NCBI GenBank assembly: GCA_964016885.1
Contig: OZ024746.1
Coordinates: 3,162,001 to 3,226,000 of the forward strand
Length of the DNA stretch: 64,000 nucleotides
DNA from: Eledone cirrhosa
Lineage: Eukaryota
Direction of reading: 5' to 3'
Each line of letters opens with the position of its first letter. Position 1 is the stretch's first letter. A program made the translations under genes and the position numbers. A model generated the notes under the pieces. The model was not told the origin of the DNA and did no database searches. It saw only the letters and a list, made by a program, of their open reading frames with translations. This document shows positions 50,548-63,908 of the stretch, in pieces.

Positions 50548-53500
50548 GACTGGTCATAGCTGAAATGTTTTTGATCTTAGATGTGACCTGAGACTAAACA
50601 ACAACAACCTCTACTAAATCAGTAATGTATTTCCTTATCACCAATCCTTCTTATGGTATAGTTACCAACAACTAGAATTAACATTACCTTATTGGTTATA
50701 ATACTGCCTCCTAAAGACATAAACACTGAGAAATCTCAGTCACCATAATAATTGCTTCTACAACACAGCATATCCTGTACATCCAGTACATTAAAAGGTG
50801 TCATCAATTAGGGATTGTCAATTTCTCTGGTCTCCTGTCCCCATCAACCTCATATCCACTACAATATACTATACCACTGACATATATAACAGTACTTTCC
50901 ATACAGTTAGAATGTCTTTATCTGTAGTGATATGTTCTTAAAACATCCTGTAGCCATCACAAATTATAGTTGTTACACTATCAGTTATATCTCCATCAGC
51001 TGTGATTAAGTCATTCTACTAAAACAACTTATCTACAACTTCAAATGAATCTTCACTGAAGCTTATATACTTTTTATATATTTTCTATTTAATCTCGGCT
51101 ATATGCACTATCTGTTGTGTCAACAAAGTTCACTGGAAATCTTGGCTCACTGTCAGTTTTCTGAAATGCCAGTACAGCCACTGACTACCCACAACTGACT
51201 AGTTTAAGCTGTTGTGGCACAGGTCTTTTCCTTTCCTATATAAATTATTTTCTTTAAAACATTTGACATAAAAAAAAATATAAATACCAATTCATGTCAG
51301 TATTTTTTTCCTGCTTGTCTTCAATATATTTCTTCAATTGTTATCTATTTAGACCAGAAATGATTCAGATAGCCTTGCCATATGTTTACAGTATCATGTT
51401 TGGTGCTTCTTATTCCTTAAGATTTTATATTTCATTTCCTCAAATCAATAAGATCATCCACAATCCATAGCTGAAGTAATCTATAATCACAAAGCTATGT
51501 TTCAGTAAACACTTTCTCGCCTCTATCTCTCCTCTCCAGGAATGCTTCATCAGATGTTTATCCTTGCTCTTTGACAGTTTTTTTATGTCTTTGATGCTAA
51601 CCTGCCCAAAGTCACCCATGGTTCTATGAAACATACCCACCCATTTTAAAGGGTTCCTATTTAGATTAAAATCTTCCAACATAATTTGACATAAGAATCT
51701 TTTGTTAAGTTGTTACAAATGCCATTAGAAATAGTTAATAATTTTACATGAATTTCTCCAAATTCTTCATTAATTAATCAAATGCAGTGTATTTCATTAG
51801 AAATATGGAAATAAAGAGGTTAATCCTGTTGAATGCTCACAGAGCTTCCAAACTCTGTAGTGTAATTGGTAAGAAGATTGACTAGCAAGTGATACATGGT
51901 TTGGATCGTGTTAGGCCCATTTTTCTACTTCAAACTTACTTTTTATAATGTCTAATATTATTTTACATTGGAAATCTTAAATCAATTCATATTTTACCCT
52001 TCCATTTCTATATCTCTAATGAAAGGCACAACACTTAACATTTAAATAATTAAGAATTTGAAGGGATTTAATAATTCAGTTAACTTTTTCATTATTAAGC
52101 TGGTGTTTGGAACCTAACTTAATTATGGTGGAAGGTTTTCAGATAAATATAAATACAAACTGTTTTGTATCATAGAACCAGAATCGGTTTCAGGCAATTT
52201 ACTATAAAAACAGTTAATGTATATTGTTGTTTTACATGCAGCTAATCTGAGGGTTAGAACACCTAGTTTTACATGTGTGAGGGTTAGAACACCTAGCCTA
52301 TAGTTTAAAAGTCATAGACTTTTTTTCACTTCAACATCAATAAAATAAGTACGAGATAAGCTAAATGAGAAGAGGAGCAAATAAAATGCTGTATGATGAC
52401 TGAACTGGTGGAAGTTTTGGAATGACAAACTGAATAATGAATGGCTTTCAGCTTAAGTTCTACTGGAGTTGTCTTTGACTATTTATCATTCCATCAAATA
52501 AGGGGTGTACCTTCCAATGTTGTTTATAGATTGTATTAACTAAGATAAGTATAGTATCATTTTAATGTGTTAATCTAGGACATAGAATTACCATAAATAA
52601 CTGGTATAACATAAGCTAAGTCTAGTTATGATACTGATATGTTATAAAGATTCTAACATGTCTCCTCACTGATGATTTGTTACACTGGTCTGGTGTGATT
52701 AGAAGAACATAAAGTTCATACTTTTATAAATAAACTATTATAAGACAACTGACCATTGTCACAAACCATGCAAATATCCTCTTTTATGAATTTCTAATTG
52801 AAAAAGGTAGGGTCAGTTGGTTGTTGTTCATTAGAGAATTACTTATTGTTGATACATATTTTTCATGTGAAGGACCAATGTTTCTTGAGAATAGCACTAG
52901 TCCAAGGATATTACTGATACTTATTAGCACATAGAAAAATGAAAGTTGAAGCTAGTCGTAGTGAGTTTAGCATTCTGATCTATCAAATGTGTTCGATCAC
53001 TACCTTTTAAGATAAGGTCATCTTACACAACAATGGCAACATCATCAGTTTTGAAAGTGATGGCAACGTGAATAGACCTGTTTTTTCTCTAGAAATATTT
53101 TTTCTGCCACTGCCCATTTAATTTGAGGAAATAAAGAATTTGAAATCGTTGTGCAAAGTAAGAAGTTCTGTATTGGGAATCAGAGATGGTTTCAGATACT
53201 CTTGGGTCCCAAATAATGGGGAGGCGGGTAAATCAGTAATTTTTCTAGGTTGTCTCCATCGATATTTAAAAAAAACAAAAAAAAAAAAAACAGAATTAGT
53301 CATTTAGTTTACATATTGAGACCCCAACCCGTCCTATTTTATAACATGGGATTTCTAGTAATGTACTTTTTGTGTCATGTATGTTTTTTAATGTCTAAAG
53401 AAAATTAATTGTTACAGGATGCTAATTTTAAACTACATTAGATGATGCTGCGGCATAGTGGCAAGCTAAACTAGTTGTTTTGTGTGGTCATTTTTGTTGT

Positions 53501-54129
53501 TGTTGTTGTTGTTGATCTGATGTTTGTATTATTGATTGTGAGAGAGATGAAGAGAAACTAAATCTGTTTGGTTTTGTTATCATGACACTAAGAATGTATG
53601 TAGTTTAGTATCCCCCCTCTCTCCTCCCACCACCTACACCATCAATATATAAAGCGTATCCCCTCATCTCTCCTACCACCTGCACCATCAATATATAAAG
53701 AGACAGCATATTTCACCCCCTCTCTGTTCATTTCTTTGACTTCTATCCTCCAGCTTTACCCCCACCACTACCCTATTATATTCTCATATGTACTTAGTCC
53801 CACATATCAATCACAAATGGAAATAACATCCAAATTAAAGGAAGTGTCCAAATTTTTGTTAAAAATTTATTTCAATTTTTTCTTTTTCTATCAAATTGTT
53901 TTTATAAAAATCAATTTACTCGTGTAAATAAATATTAACTATTAAACTAAATGGAAGATGTGATAGAAACTACAATATACATGGCAATAAGGGAACAAAA
54001 TAGAATGGAAAAGAAAAATAATTAAGCAACAAAAGAAAGGGGGAAGGGAGCAACAATGAGTTCAGCATAGCATTGAGTTTGATGAATCAATCTCCAAGAG
54101 GGTGTCAAGGCACACTACACAGCGTGAAG

Positions 54130-54256
54130 TCACATGGCTTAGTGGTTAGAACATTGGGCTTGCAATCGAAAGGTTGTGGGTTCAATTCTCGGACTGGGTG
54201 ATGTGTTGTTTCCTTGAGCAAGACATTTTATTTCACGTTGCTCCAGTTTACTCAGT
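54130..54256 (+). mobile_element. 5' half of tRNA/CORE-like SINE
   Basis: Near-identical to 30242-30366 (A box, B box, CORE-like segment). Confidence 0.8.
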
Positions 54257-54910
54257 TCCTATCATTAAATCACTCAAGACACCTCCGAGATATACCTTGG
54301 AGGAGGCCAGCTAAACCTGCATAGGTGTGAGCTGTCGCACACACACAGTGTGAAGAAGAGTTTAGAGAAGGTGAAGCAATTCATTGCATGTTTGGTATTA
54401 TTACTCTCTGTCTGAGCCAGTCAACACCCAAACATCTCTCAAATAACATCCTACCTTCTCAAAAACAAACATTAAATAATATTGATAGGATAGTCACAAC
54501 TAAAATGTTTTTAATTGTACATCTCGTCAGTTAGGGTTGGCCTGGAACAGCATGCAAAGGTTGAGGGCAATTACTCTGTTATAACTATCATAATTACATT
54601 CTAGATTTAGATAAACTATTAAGTTGTTGTTGTTTAGCCCCATAATGGAAAGTTATTCTAGCCATGACTGTACTGTCTTCTGGAATAATGTACTCTGGAC
54701 AACTGGTAGGGTGTAGTTTGAGCAAGATTTGGTTGTTATTTCTAGCATGTTGACCAACTATATAGAGGTGCCATCCTTGGCACATCAACTACTTGGTTTG
54801 TTCATGAGGTGGCAGCTAGTTTAATATTTCTTTAATTAGGGTTATATTAAGCAAATATTCCTGAAGTATTTTATCTACTGGAATATGTTTAGCTAATATT
54901 ATTATTGTTA

Positions 54911-55347
54911 AGGGCGGTGGATTGGCAGTATCGGTAGAGGGTCAGACACCATGCTTTCCAGCATAGTTACGTCCCTTTACGATCTGAGTTCAAATCCCGC
55001 CGAGGTTGACTTTGCCTTTCATCCTTACGAGGTCGATAAAATAAAGTACCAGTAATGCACTGGGATAATTGATGGCCTTGTGCCAAAAGTAGAAACAATT
55101 ATTATTGTTTTAGAATGCCATGCTTTGACGCATAGAGTTACGGCCCTTGCTATTCTGAGTTCAAATCCCGCCGAGGTTAACTTTGCCTTTCATCCTTACG
55201 GGGTTGATAAAATAAAGTACCAGTAATGCACTGGGATAATTGCTGGCCTTGTGCCAAAAGTAGAAACAATTATTATTGTTTTAGAAGTACCAGTAATGTA
55301 CTGGGTATTTGCTGGCCTTGTGCCAAAAGTAGAAACAATTATTATTG
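54911..55347 (+). mobile_element. Tandem cluster of three Nin-like SINE copies, progressively 5'-truncated
   Basis: Units at about 54911-55105, 55113-55277 and 55284-55347, each ending GGCCTTGTGCCAAAAGTAGAAACAATTATTATTGTTT(T)AGAA. Confidence 0.85.
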
Positions 55348-55409
55348 TTTAGAATGGGGGGGGGGTAAAATAGTGCACTGGCTTTGACACTTTACCATAT
55401 CCCGTTAGA

Positions 55410-55411
<2 letters not shown>

Positions 55412-55453
<42 letters not shown>

Positions 55454-55785
55454 TTCTTTTAAGTCTGCTTTTTCCCTACTTGCAAGGGTGGGATGGGAAC
55501 TGATTCTGGCTTGATTTCTACAGCTGGATGCCCTTCCTAACACCAACCTCATTTACAGTGAGTGCTGGGTGCTTTTTTTGCCGTGGGACCTCCATGACCA
55601 CTTTGCAATGGAATTATATAGACCCCAGTCCCTATCATCTCATTTCTACAGTAAACTGAGTAAACTGGAGCAATGTGAAATAAAGTGTCTTGCTCAAGGA
55701 AACAACACATCACCTGGTCTGAGAATTGAACTCCCAACCTTTCGATTGCAAGGCCAATGCTCTAACCACTAAGCCATGTGCCTCC
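55412..55785 (-). mobile_element. tRNA/CORE-like SINE with RTE 5'-UTR block and RTE tail (inverted)
   Basis: Reverse complement of 30237-30562 with a long (CAT)n tail. Confidence 0.9.
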
Positions 55786-56526
55786 TTCTTCATTGCTCTG
55801 TATTCAAGATTCTGTCATGGTTGTTTTGTCCTCTCTTCTGGATGAATGGAATATCTACCTCTAATGTAGTGGGAATTGGTGCAGTCATCTGTATCTTTCT
55901 CACTCTCCTCTTCCCCTATCTCCTCCTACTATCTTCTCCCTCCTCTCAATGGTCTTCTGTTTACTTAACCATGCAATGATCAATATATATATATATATAA
56001 AGAATATGCTGTTATCAAAAGAATTTACAAACCAGCTCCCATAGATACTATATGATGTCTTCTTATTCAGAGCCTCACTATTTTGTATTCAATTATGCTG
56101 AACTTATCTGTCCCACCTTTTTATCTCAGCAGAGTCAATAAAATAAATGCCACTAATATGATAGGAGTGCTTCCATTGATACTGCCCCCACCCCCCTCCT
56201 ACAAAATTGGCCATCACATATTTAGACTGTGTCATCATGTATCAACATGATTAAAATTCTCAAGAATTCTTTAATCACTGGAGTGGCAGAAAATAGCTTC
56301 AATTATTTAATGTTATGCTTGCTTGTATTCCAAGTTTATATTAAATCTTGCTATAGTCAACTTTGGCCTTTCATTCCATAGGAGTTGATAAAACATGTTC
56401 TTGGAATAAATATACTAAAGACAGTTAACTGTCACTCTGCAACAAGAATTGGCTTTCTACATTGTTAACCCTTTTAATAACAACCCACCCTTAACTGTCT
56501 CTAGTTCTACTATACAAAACCATTAA

Positions 56527-56737
56527 CCCTTTAGCATTTAAACCAGCCAGAATTCTATCACTTTTTTCTGTTCAAACCGGCCATAACCAGCCACTCATAC
56601 TTATGTTAAGGTATTGTTCTCAAAATATATATAATATCAAACCCTCATAGATTCAATAGTGTGAGATAATTATATGAGATAAAGTGTTTACAATGAAAAT
56701 AAAATAGTGAATATAGAGTAATGCAAATGCTAAAGGG
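56527..56737 (+). mobile_element. piggyBac-like MITE family A nested in a family B MITE
   Basis: TTAA TSDs. The flanks (from 56465, and from 56742) continue family B sequence. Confidence 0.8.
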
Positions 56738-57019
56738 TTAATTTTTAAGTGTTTGTATTTATCTAAAATCTTTCAGCAGAAATTAGATATCTGATAGTCC
56801 TTTTATTTTTTGGTATGGTATGATCCCATAACTCCTGAGTGAGTCATAGGGGTACCATCTTGACATAGGGTGTTTGTAAAGCATTTGTTAAAACCGGGTG
56901 GAGTTCATCTCATCTCCAGGTCTTTTTTTAAAGGATTATTAAACGTCTTTCGGGGAGTTATAATTTGTTTTAAAATATTTTTATTCGTACTGTTTCAATC
57001 AATTTATTAAAAGCCATGT

Positions 57020-60000
57020 CAGGTATAACTATGGTATACCACTGTGGCTATACAGGTATAACTATGGTATACCACTGTATGTGGCTATACAGGTATAACT
57101 ATGGTATACCACTGTGGCTATACAGGTATAACTATGGTATACCACTGTATGTGGCTATACAGGTATAACTATGGTATACCATTGTGGCTATACAGGTATA
57201 ACTATGGTATACCACTGTGGCTATACAGGTATAACTATGGTATACCACTGTATGTGGCTATACAGGTATAACTATGGTATACCACTGTATGTGGCTATAC
57301 AGGTATAACTATGGTATACCAGTGTGTGGCTATACAGGTATAACTATGGTATACCACTGTATGTGGCTATACAGGTATAACTATGGTATACCACTGTGGC
57401 TATACAGGTATAACTATGGTATACCACTGTGGCTATACAGGTATAACTATGGTATACCACTGTATGTGGCTATACAGGTATAACTATGGTATACCACTGT
57501 ATGTGGCTATACAGGTATAACTATGGTATACCACTGTATGTGGCTATACAGGTATAACTATGGTATACCACTGTATGTGGCTATACAGGTATAACTATGG
57601 TATACCACTGTATGGGGCTATACAGGTATAACTATGGTATACCACTGTATGGGGCTATACAGGTATAACTATGGTATACCACTGTATGGCGCTATACAGG
57701 TATAACTATGGTATACCACTATGGGGCTATACAGGTATAACTATGGTATACCACTATGGGGCTATACAGGTATAACTATGGTATACCACTGTATGGGGCT
57801 ATACAGGTATAACTATGGTATATCACTGTGTGGCTATACAGGTATAACTATGGTATATCACTGTGGCTATACAGGTATAACTATGGTATACCACTGTATG
57901 GGGCTATACAAGTATAACTATGGTATACCACTATGGGGCTATACAGGTATAACTATGGTATATCACTGTGTTGCTATACAGGTATAACTATGGTATACCA
58001 CTGTATGGGGCTATACAGGTATAACTATGGTATACCACTGTATGGGGCTATACAAGTATAACTATGGTATATCACTGTGTTGCTATACAGGTATAACTAT
58101 GGTATACCACTGTATGTGGCTATACAGTGGTATAACTATGGTATACCACTATGTATGACTATACAGGTATAACTATGGTATACCACTATGTATGGCTATA
58201 CAGGTATAACTATGGTATACCACTGTATGGGGCTATACAAGTATAACTATGGTATATCACTGTATGTTGCTATACAGGTATAACTATGGTATACCACTGT
58301 ATGTGGCTATACAGGTATAACTATGGTATACCAGTGTGTGGCTATACAGGTATAAGTATGGTATACCACTGTATGTGGCTATACAGGTATAACTATGGTA
58401 TACCACTGTGGCTATACAGGTATAACTATGGTATACCACTGTGGCTATACAGGTATAACTATGGTATACCACTGTATGTGGCTATACAGGTATAACTATG
58501 GTATACCACTGTATAGGGCTATACAGGTATACCACTGTATGGGGCTATACAGGTATAACTGTGGTATACCACTGTGTGTTGCTATACAGGTATAACTATG
58601 GTATACCACTGTATGGGGCTATACAGATATAACTATGGTATATCACTGTATGTTGCTATACAGGTATAACTATGGTATACCACTGTATGGGGCTATACAG
58701 CTATAACTATGGTATACCACTCTGTGGCTATACAGGTATAACTATGGTATACCACTGTATGGCGCTATACAGGTATAACTATGGTATACCACTATGGGGC
58801 TATACAGCTATAACTATGGTATACCACTGTGTGGGGCTATACAAGTATAACTATGGTATATCACTGTGTTGCTATACAGGTATAACTATGGTATACCACT
58901 GTATGTGGCTATACAGGTATAACTATGGTATACCACTGTATGGGGCTATACAGGTATAACTATGGTATACCACTGTATGGGGCTATACAGGTATAACTAT
59001 GGTATACCACTGTATGGGGCTATACAGGTATAACTATGGTATACCACTGTATGGGGCTATACAGGTATAACTATGGTATATCACTGTGTGGCTATACAGG
59101 TATAACTATGGTATATCACTGTGTGGCTATACAGGTATAACTATGGTATACCACTATGGGGCTATACAGGTATAACTATGGTATATCACTATGTTGCTAT
59201 ACAGGTATAACTATGGTATACCACTGTATGTGGCTATACAGTGGTATAACTATGGTATACCACAATGTATGACTATACAGGTATAACTATGGTATACCAC
59301 TGTATGGGGCTATACAAGTATAACTATGGTATACCACTGTATGTGGCTATACAGGTATAACTATGGTATACCACTGTATGTGGCTATACAGGTATAACTA
59401 TGGTATACCACTGTGTGGTTATACAGGTATAACTATGGTATACCACTGTATGGCGCTATACAGGTATAACTATGGTATATCACTGTGTGTGGCTATACAG
59501 GTATAACTATGGTACACCACTGTATGGGGCTATAACTATGGCATACCACTGTGTGGGGCTATACAGGTATAACTATGGTATACCACTGTATGGGGCTATA
59601 CAGGTATAACTATGGTATATCACTGTGTGGCTATACAGGTATAACTATGGTATACCACTGTATGGGGCTATACAAGTATAACTATGGTATACCACTATGG
59701 GGCTATACAGGTATTAATATGGTATATCACTGTGTTGCTATACAGGTATAACTATGGTATACCACTGTATGGGGCTATACAAGTATAACTATGGTATACC
59801 ACTATGGGGCTATACAGGTATTAATATGGTATATCACTGTGTTGCTATACAGGTATAACTATGGTATACCACTGTATGGGGCTATACAAGTATAACTATG
59901 GTATATCACTGTATGTTGCTATACAGGTATAACTATGGTATACCACTGTATGTGGCTATACAGGTATAACTATGGTATATCACTGTGTGGCTATACAGGT

Positions 60001-60202
60001 ATAACTATGGTATATCACTGTATGTTGCTATACAGGTATAACTATGGTATACCACTATGTGGCTATACAGGTATAACTATGGTATACCACTATGTATGAC
60101 TATACAGGTATAACTATGGTATACCACTATGTATGGCTATACAGGTATAACTATGGTATACCACTATGTATGGCTATACAGGTATAACTATGGTATACCA
60201 CT
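57020..60202. repeat. Minisatellite of 33-37-bp units, consensus CAGGTATAACTATGGTATACCACTGTATGTGGCTATA, roughly 85-90 copies
   Basis: Directly visible head-to-tail array with variation concentrated in one sub-block. Confidence 0.97.
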
Positions 60203-60339
60203 CAGTGTGAAATTAATTCTTCATCTCGGTTTGATTTATAAAAGGATTAATAATCAGAAAGAAGCTGCTGCTAGTTAACCGAATTAATTAGTTGCAGTAG
60301 ATTTGGAGAATTATAATGGGTGGGGGTGAGTTACATATA

Positions 60340-60570
60340 CTGGGGTGCTGAAAAGTTCCTGGCCTTGGGTAAAATAAAATACAGGAGGATCAGTTAATTA
60401 TGATTTTATTCAACATATTCACCTCTCAGATTCACACACTTATTGCAGTGGTCCTACCTCCCATGTAAAGGTACCAGCTTATACCCTTTCAGAATCCTAC
60501 CTCCCCTGTAAAGGTAACAGCTCTACCCTTTCATGATACCCTTAAAGCCAGAAACTTTTCAGCACCCTGA
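60340..60570. mobile_element. Mariner-like MITE
   Basis: TIRs GGGTGCTGAAAAGTTCCTGGC / GCCAGAAACTTTTCAGCACCC, with TA at both flanks. Confidence 0.75.
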
Positions 60571-61523
60571 TAGTTGTCTTCAAAAATATTTTTAGTTTTA
60601 AAGTTGGCTATCTGGAGACTTTGGTTATGCCTTTGGAGAATTATGGTGTAGCAGAGGCATAGATGTTAAATATTGTTGTAGGACATAACCTATTGTTTTA
60701 TTGACAGTATAAGTAGTATTATATTTCTCCACCAAACTCTAGTAAAGCTGTGTGTATTCTTACAATGTCCCATAATTGTCATCAACCCCACACACAGTGG
60801 TCTTCACTGACCATTCTTCATCTCAATTATTTTTGCACCTTGCACACAATATATGTGAAACCCCTTACATATATTGTTTTTCCTCTTTTAATCTAAAAGA
60901 CATGTGTTGGCTAACAAAGGAATGAAAACAATGTATGTTTAGAGAGACATCATCATCATCACCATCTAACATCCATTTTTCCATGCTAGCATGAGTTAGA
61001 TGATATACATTTTATTATAGCTGTAAAGCTATACTAGTGACTCAAGGGCCAAGAGTTTTGTGCTTGATGGTAAAAGCCAGAAGCTTACATGTACTTATCT
61101 AGAGAGAAATAGGAGATTGGGAAGAATGTTTACACAAAATGGAAAATTGTCATTAGGAATAGATTCAAACTTCCAGGCAAAGATTAAAATAAAAATTATA
61201 GAGGGGTGCCTAAGTTCAGTGCAAGAAAAATAAAATATCCCTTGGTTACTGCTCAAAGCAAGGGGATAATTTTCCAGTCCTTAGAGATTCTGTTTGTCAC
61301 CAGTAATAAATGGCTGCTGATAGTGACCCTTGCAAGCAGGGAAAAGCGGACGTAAAATGATGATGATGATAAACTTATATGAATTTCCAATGTATTACTT
61401 TTGGAATAAAGTTTAATATCACTGTAGTTTCTAGTATATTTACATTTTTTAAGCCAGTCAGCTAACTATGGCCCACCCTAAATATGTTTTGGTTTTCATT
61501 TCATATACTTTTATTTTCTTCAG

Positions 61524-61736
61524 GAGCTGGATTTCCTGTCAGAACTATATTTTCCGCCATCCAGATATGCCAAAATTCTTTATCAATATGTGTGGAGAGG
61601 GACAAACCTGGAAGGATTGCAATTGGTTGGACAGTGATGATAAGCGCTTACCATTTGATTTGCTCAAATCTTCTGAAGCAGAGACGACATTCAAGAACCA
61701 TGTCAATGCTTTACAGGAACAGCAAAAGAAATTAGA
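61524..61736 (+). CDS. RhoGAPp190: p190 RhoGAP coding exon 3 (FF-domain region)
   Basis: Acceptor TTTTCTTCAG|G completes the Lys codon. SW...HPD..KFF, RLPFDLL...AE..F.NH. Donor GA|GTAAGT. Confidence 0.92.
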
Positions 61737-62402
61737 GTAAGTTTATTTTTGATTAATGAAAAACAGTTTATTAATCTTAGTTGTCTTGGAGTTTAATTGC
61801 TGTCTTCCCCTATGATACAAGGATATACTGAAGTTCAGTTTCTGCCAGCTATAATGACAACAACAAAAATTGAAACAACGATTACAGTTTTTTTACTCTC
61901 CATTATAATATTTAGTTGTTTTGTTCTGACTTTCAATCCTGTCAACATTTCCCTTCCTACCTACAGTCAGTAAATTAAGTTGATAATGATTGTACTGAAG
62001 CAGAGTCAATCAACTCTGCTTCTATGCCAATGTAAGGAATCAATAGTGATCAATAGATTGTAATTTATCTTTGAATGTAAAGTGGTTGAATGTCGAGCGG
62101 GTGCATGATTACTGGATAAACAAGAGGTATACAGCTGGCTGGGTGTGGAAAAAAATGTGAAGGCAATGTAATATGGAAGGAATGTGACAGTAATGGCCTA
62201 TATGGAATAAGTAGATGTAATTTGAAGATTGTAAAATGTCTAGAAGTGAATTTGTAGAAAAATTATCCATTGAGACTGGCCAAAACTAAAGAGCTGATTT
62301 AGACCCTCTCCCGATACTGCCAATCCACTGTCCATTGTTATTGTAATAATAATCTTTATTTTGGCCATTATTTTCCTTAAAAATTATTTATTACTTTTAC
62401 AG

Positions 62403-62696
62403 ATTAAAAAGAAAATTCAAAGACTTTTTAGAAGAAAACAAGCAAGTTAAGCCAGGCAAACCAATTAGTGAAACATATATCAACTTTGTTGGCAAAGAAT
62501 GTTACAATAGTTTGAATGAGCGAGAGCGAGAGGAAGTGTATGAACAGCACCAAGTGGACTTGCGAATGCGGGCCAAGCAGGATTTCCAAGAACTCATGTG
62601 GGAAAAATCTGAAGTTTTCACAGAACTCAACCCATCAGTTAGACTGACGCAAGACGACCTCAAAATTATAACAAATGCCTTACAGAATGATCCAAG
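62403..62696 (+). CDS. RhoGAPp190: p190 RhoGAP coding exon 4 (FF domains); gene continues beyond the window
   Basis: Acceptor TTTTACAG|A. LKRKFKDFLEE..VKPGKP..EVYEQHQ..AKQDFQELMWEKSEVF..LQNDPR. Donor AG|GTAATT. Confidence 0.93.
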
Positions 62697-63104
62697 GTAA
62701 TTTTACTGTTATACTTACTCTGTTTTAATAAACATAATGTACATATTGATGCATTTTGGTAAAGGAATATTTGCTAGTTATTAAATAAACACATGCAATA
62801 TTGTTGCATGATAAGCACCGGCCAAAATGAGCCTTCTGGCAGACTTCAGACTTACGGCCTGCCCGCTTAGCCAGTGGGATGGCGTCATCGTATGGCCAAA
62901 ACAGCACGCAGTGCTGTGACCAGCGGCACCGAATGGACGCCCGACAGACTGGTCGGTCAAAGTGATCAAGGTGACTACTGTTGTTTACTTTTGTCTAAAT
63001 ATTGGAAAGAGTTTGAATTGCACAAATCATTTATGTTTTATTCATATTATCTCACCATCTTTCTATAATTTACTCTGTGACTTTAAAGTACTGCGTGAGG
63101 TGCA

Positions 63105-63512
63105 GCTTATTAAAATAAAGTAGCAATAACGCATTGGGATCGATTTTATCAACTTTTCTCTCCCCAAAAATTGTTGGCCTTGTACCTAAATCAGAAACCA
63201 TTATTGGTAGTATCGGTAGAGGGTCGGGCGCCATGCTTTGACGCATAGAGTTACGCCCCTTGCCATTCCGAGTTCAAATCCCGCCGAGTTTAACTTTGCC
63301 TTTCATCCTTACGGGGTCGATAAAATAAAGTACCAGTAATACACTGGGTAATTGATGGCCTTGTGCCAAAAAGTAGAAACAATTATTATTTCAAGATAGC
63401 AGACTTCAATAATTGAGCCACAATAATTACTCCTTACGGGGTCGATAAAATAAAGTACCAGTAATACACTGGGTAATTGCTGGCCTTGTGCCTAACGTAG
63501 AAACAATAATTA
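63105..63512 (+). mobile_element. Tandem cluster of Nin-like SINE copies
   Basis: An old tail (63105-63204), a near-full copy (63203-63390) and a 3' fragment (63430-63512). Confidence 0.8.
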
Positions 63513-63748
63513 CTAGAATAGCTTAATTGGGTTTCTTCTGAAATGTTTTATTATAATTGTTTGAAGTTATAAGGTGTTGGCCTGATTCAATGCAGACGCG
63601 TCCCACTGCAACATCAACAGCTTGTCTGTATTGCTCACCAGAACAGACTGATAAACATAGACTGAGTACCCAGATCTCTGCCCACCTCAGAATAGGGACC
63701 TCACGCACCCTAATCCCAGTACCGTGTGCTGGTTACATTGCCTGGGTG

Positions 63749-63908
<160 letters not shown>

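Noticed and set aside
57020-60202. CRISPR-like array (partly palindromic ~30-bp repeats with variable intervening bases) and its MVYHC../GYTGIT ORFs
   Set aside because: The variable parts are only 3-7 nt and recur, so they are not unique spacers. There are no cas genes and the context is a eukaryotic intron. The ORFs are translations of the repeat.
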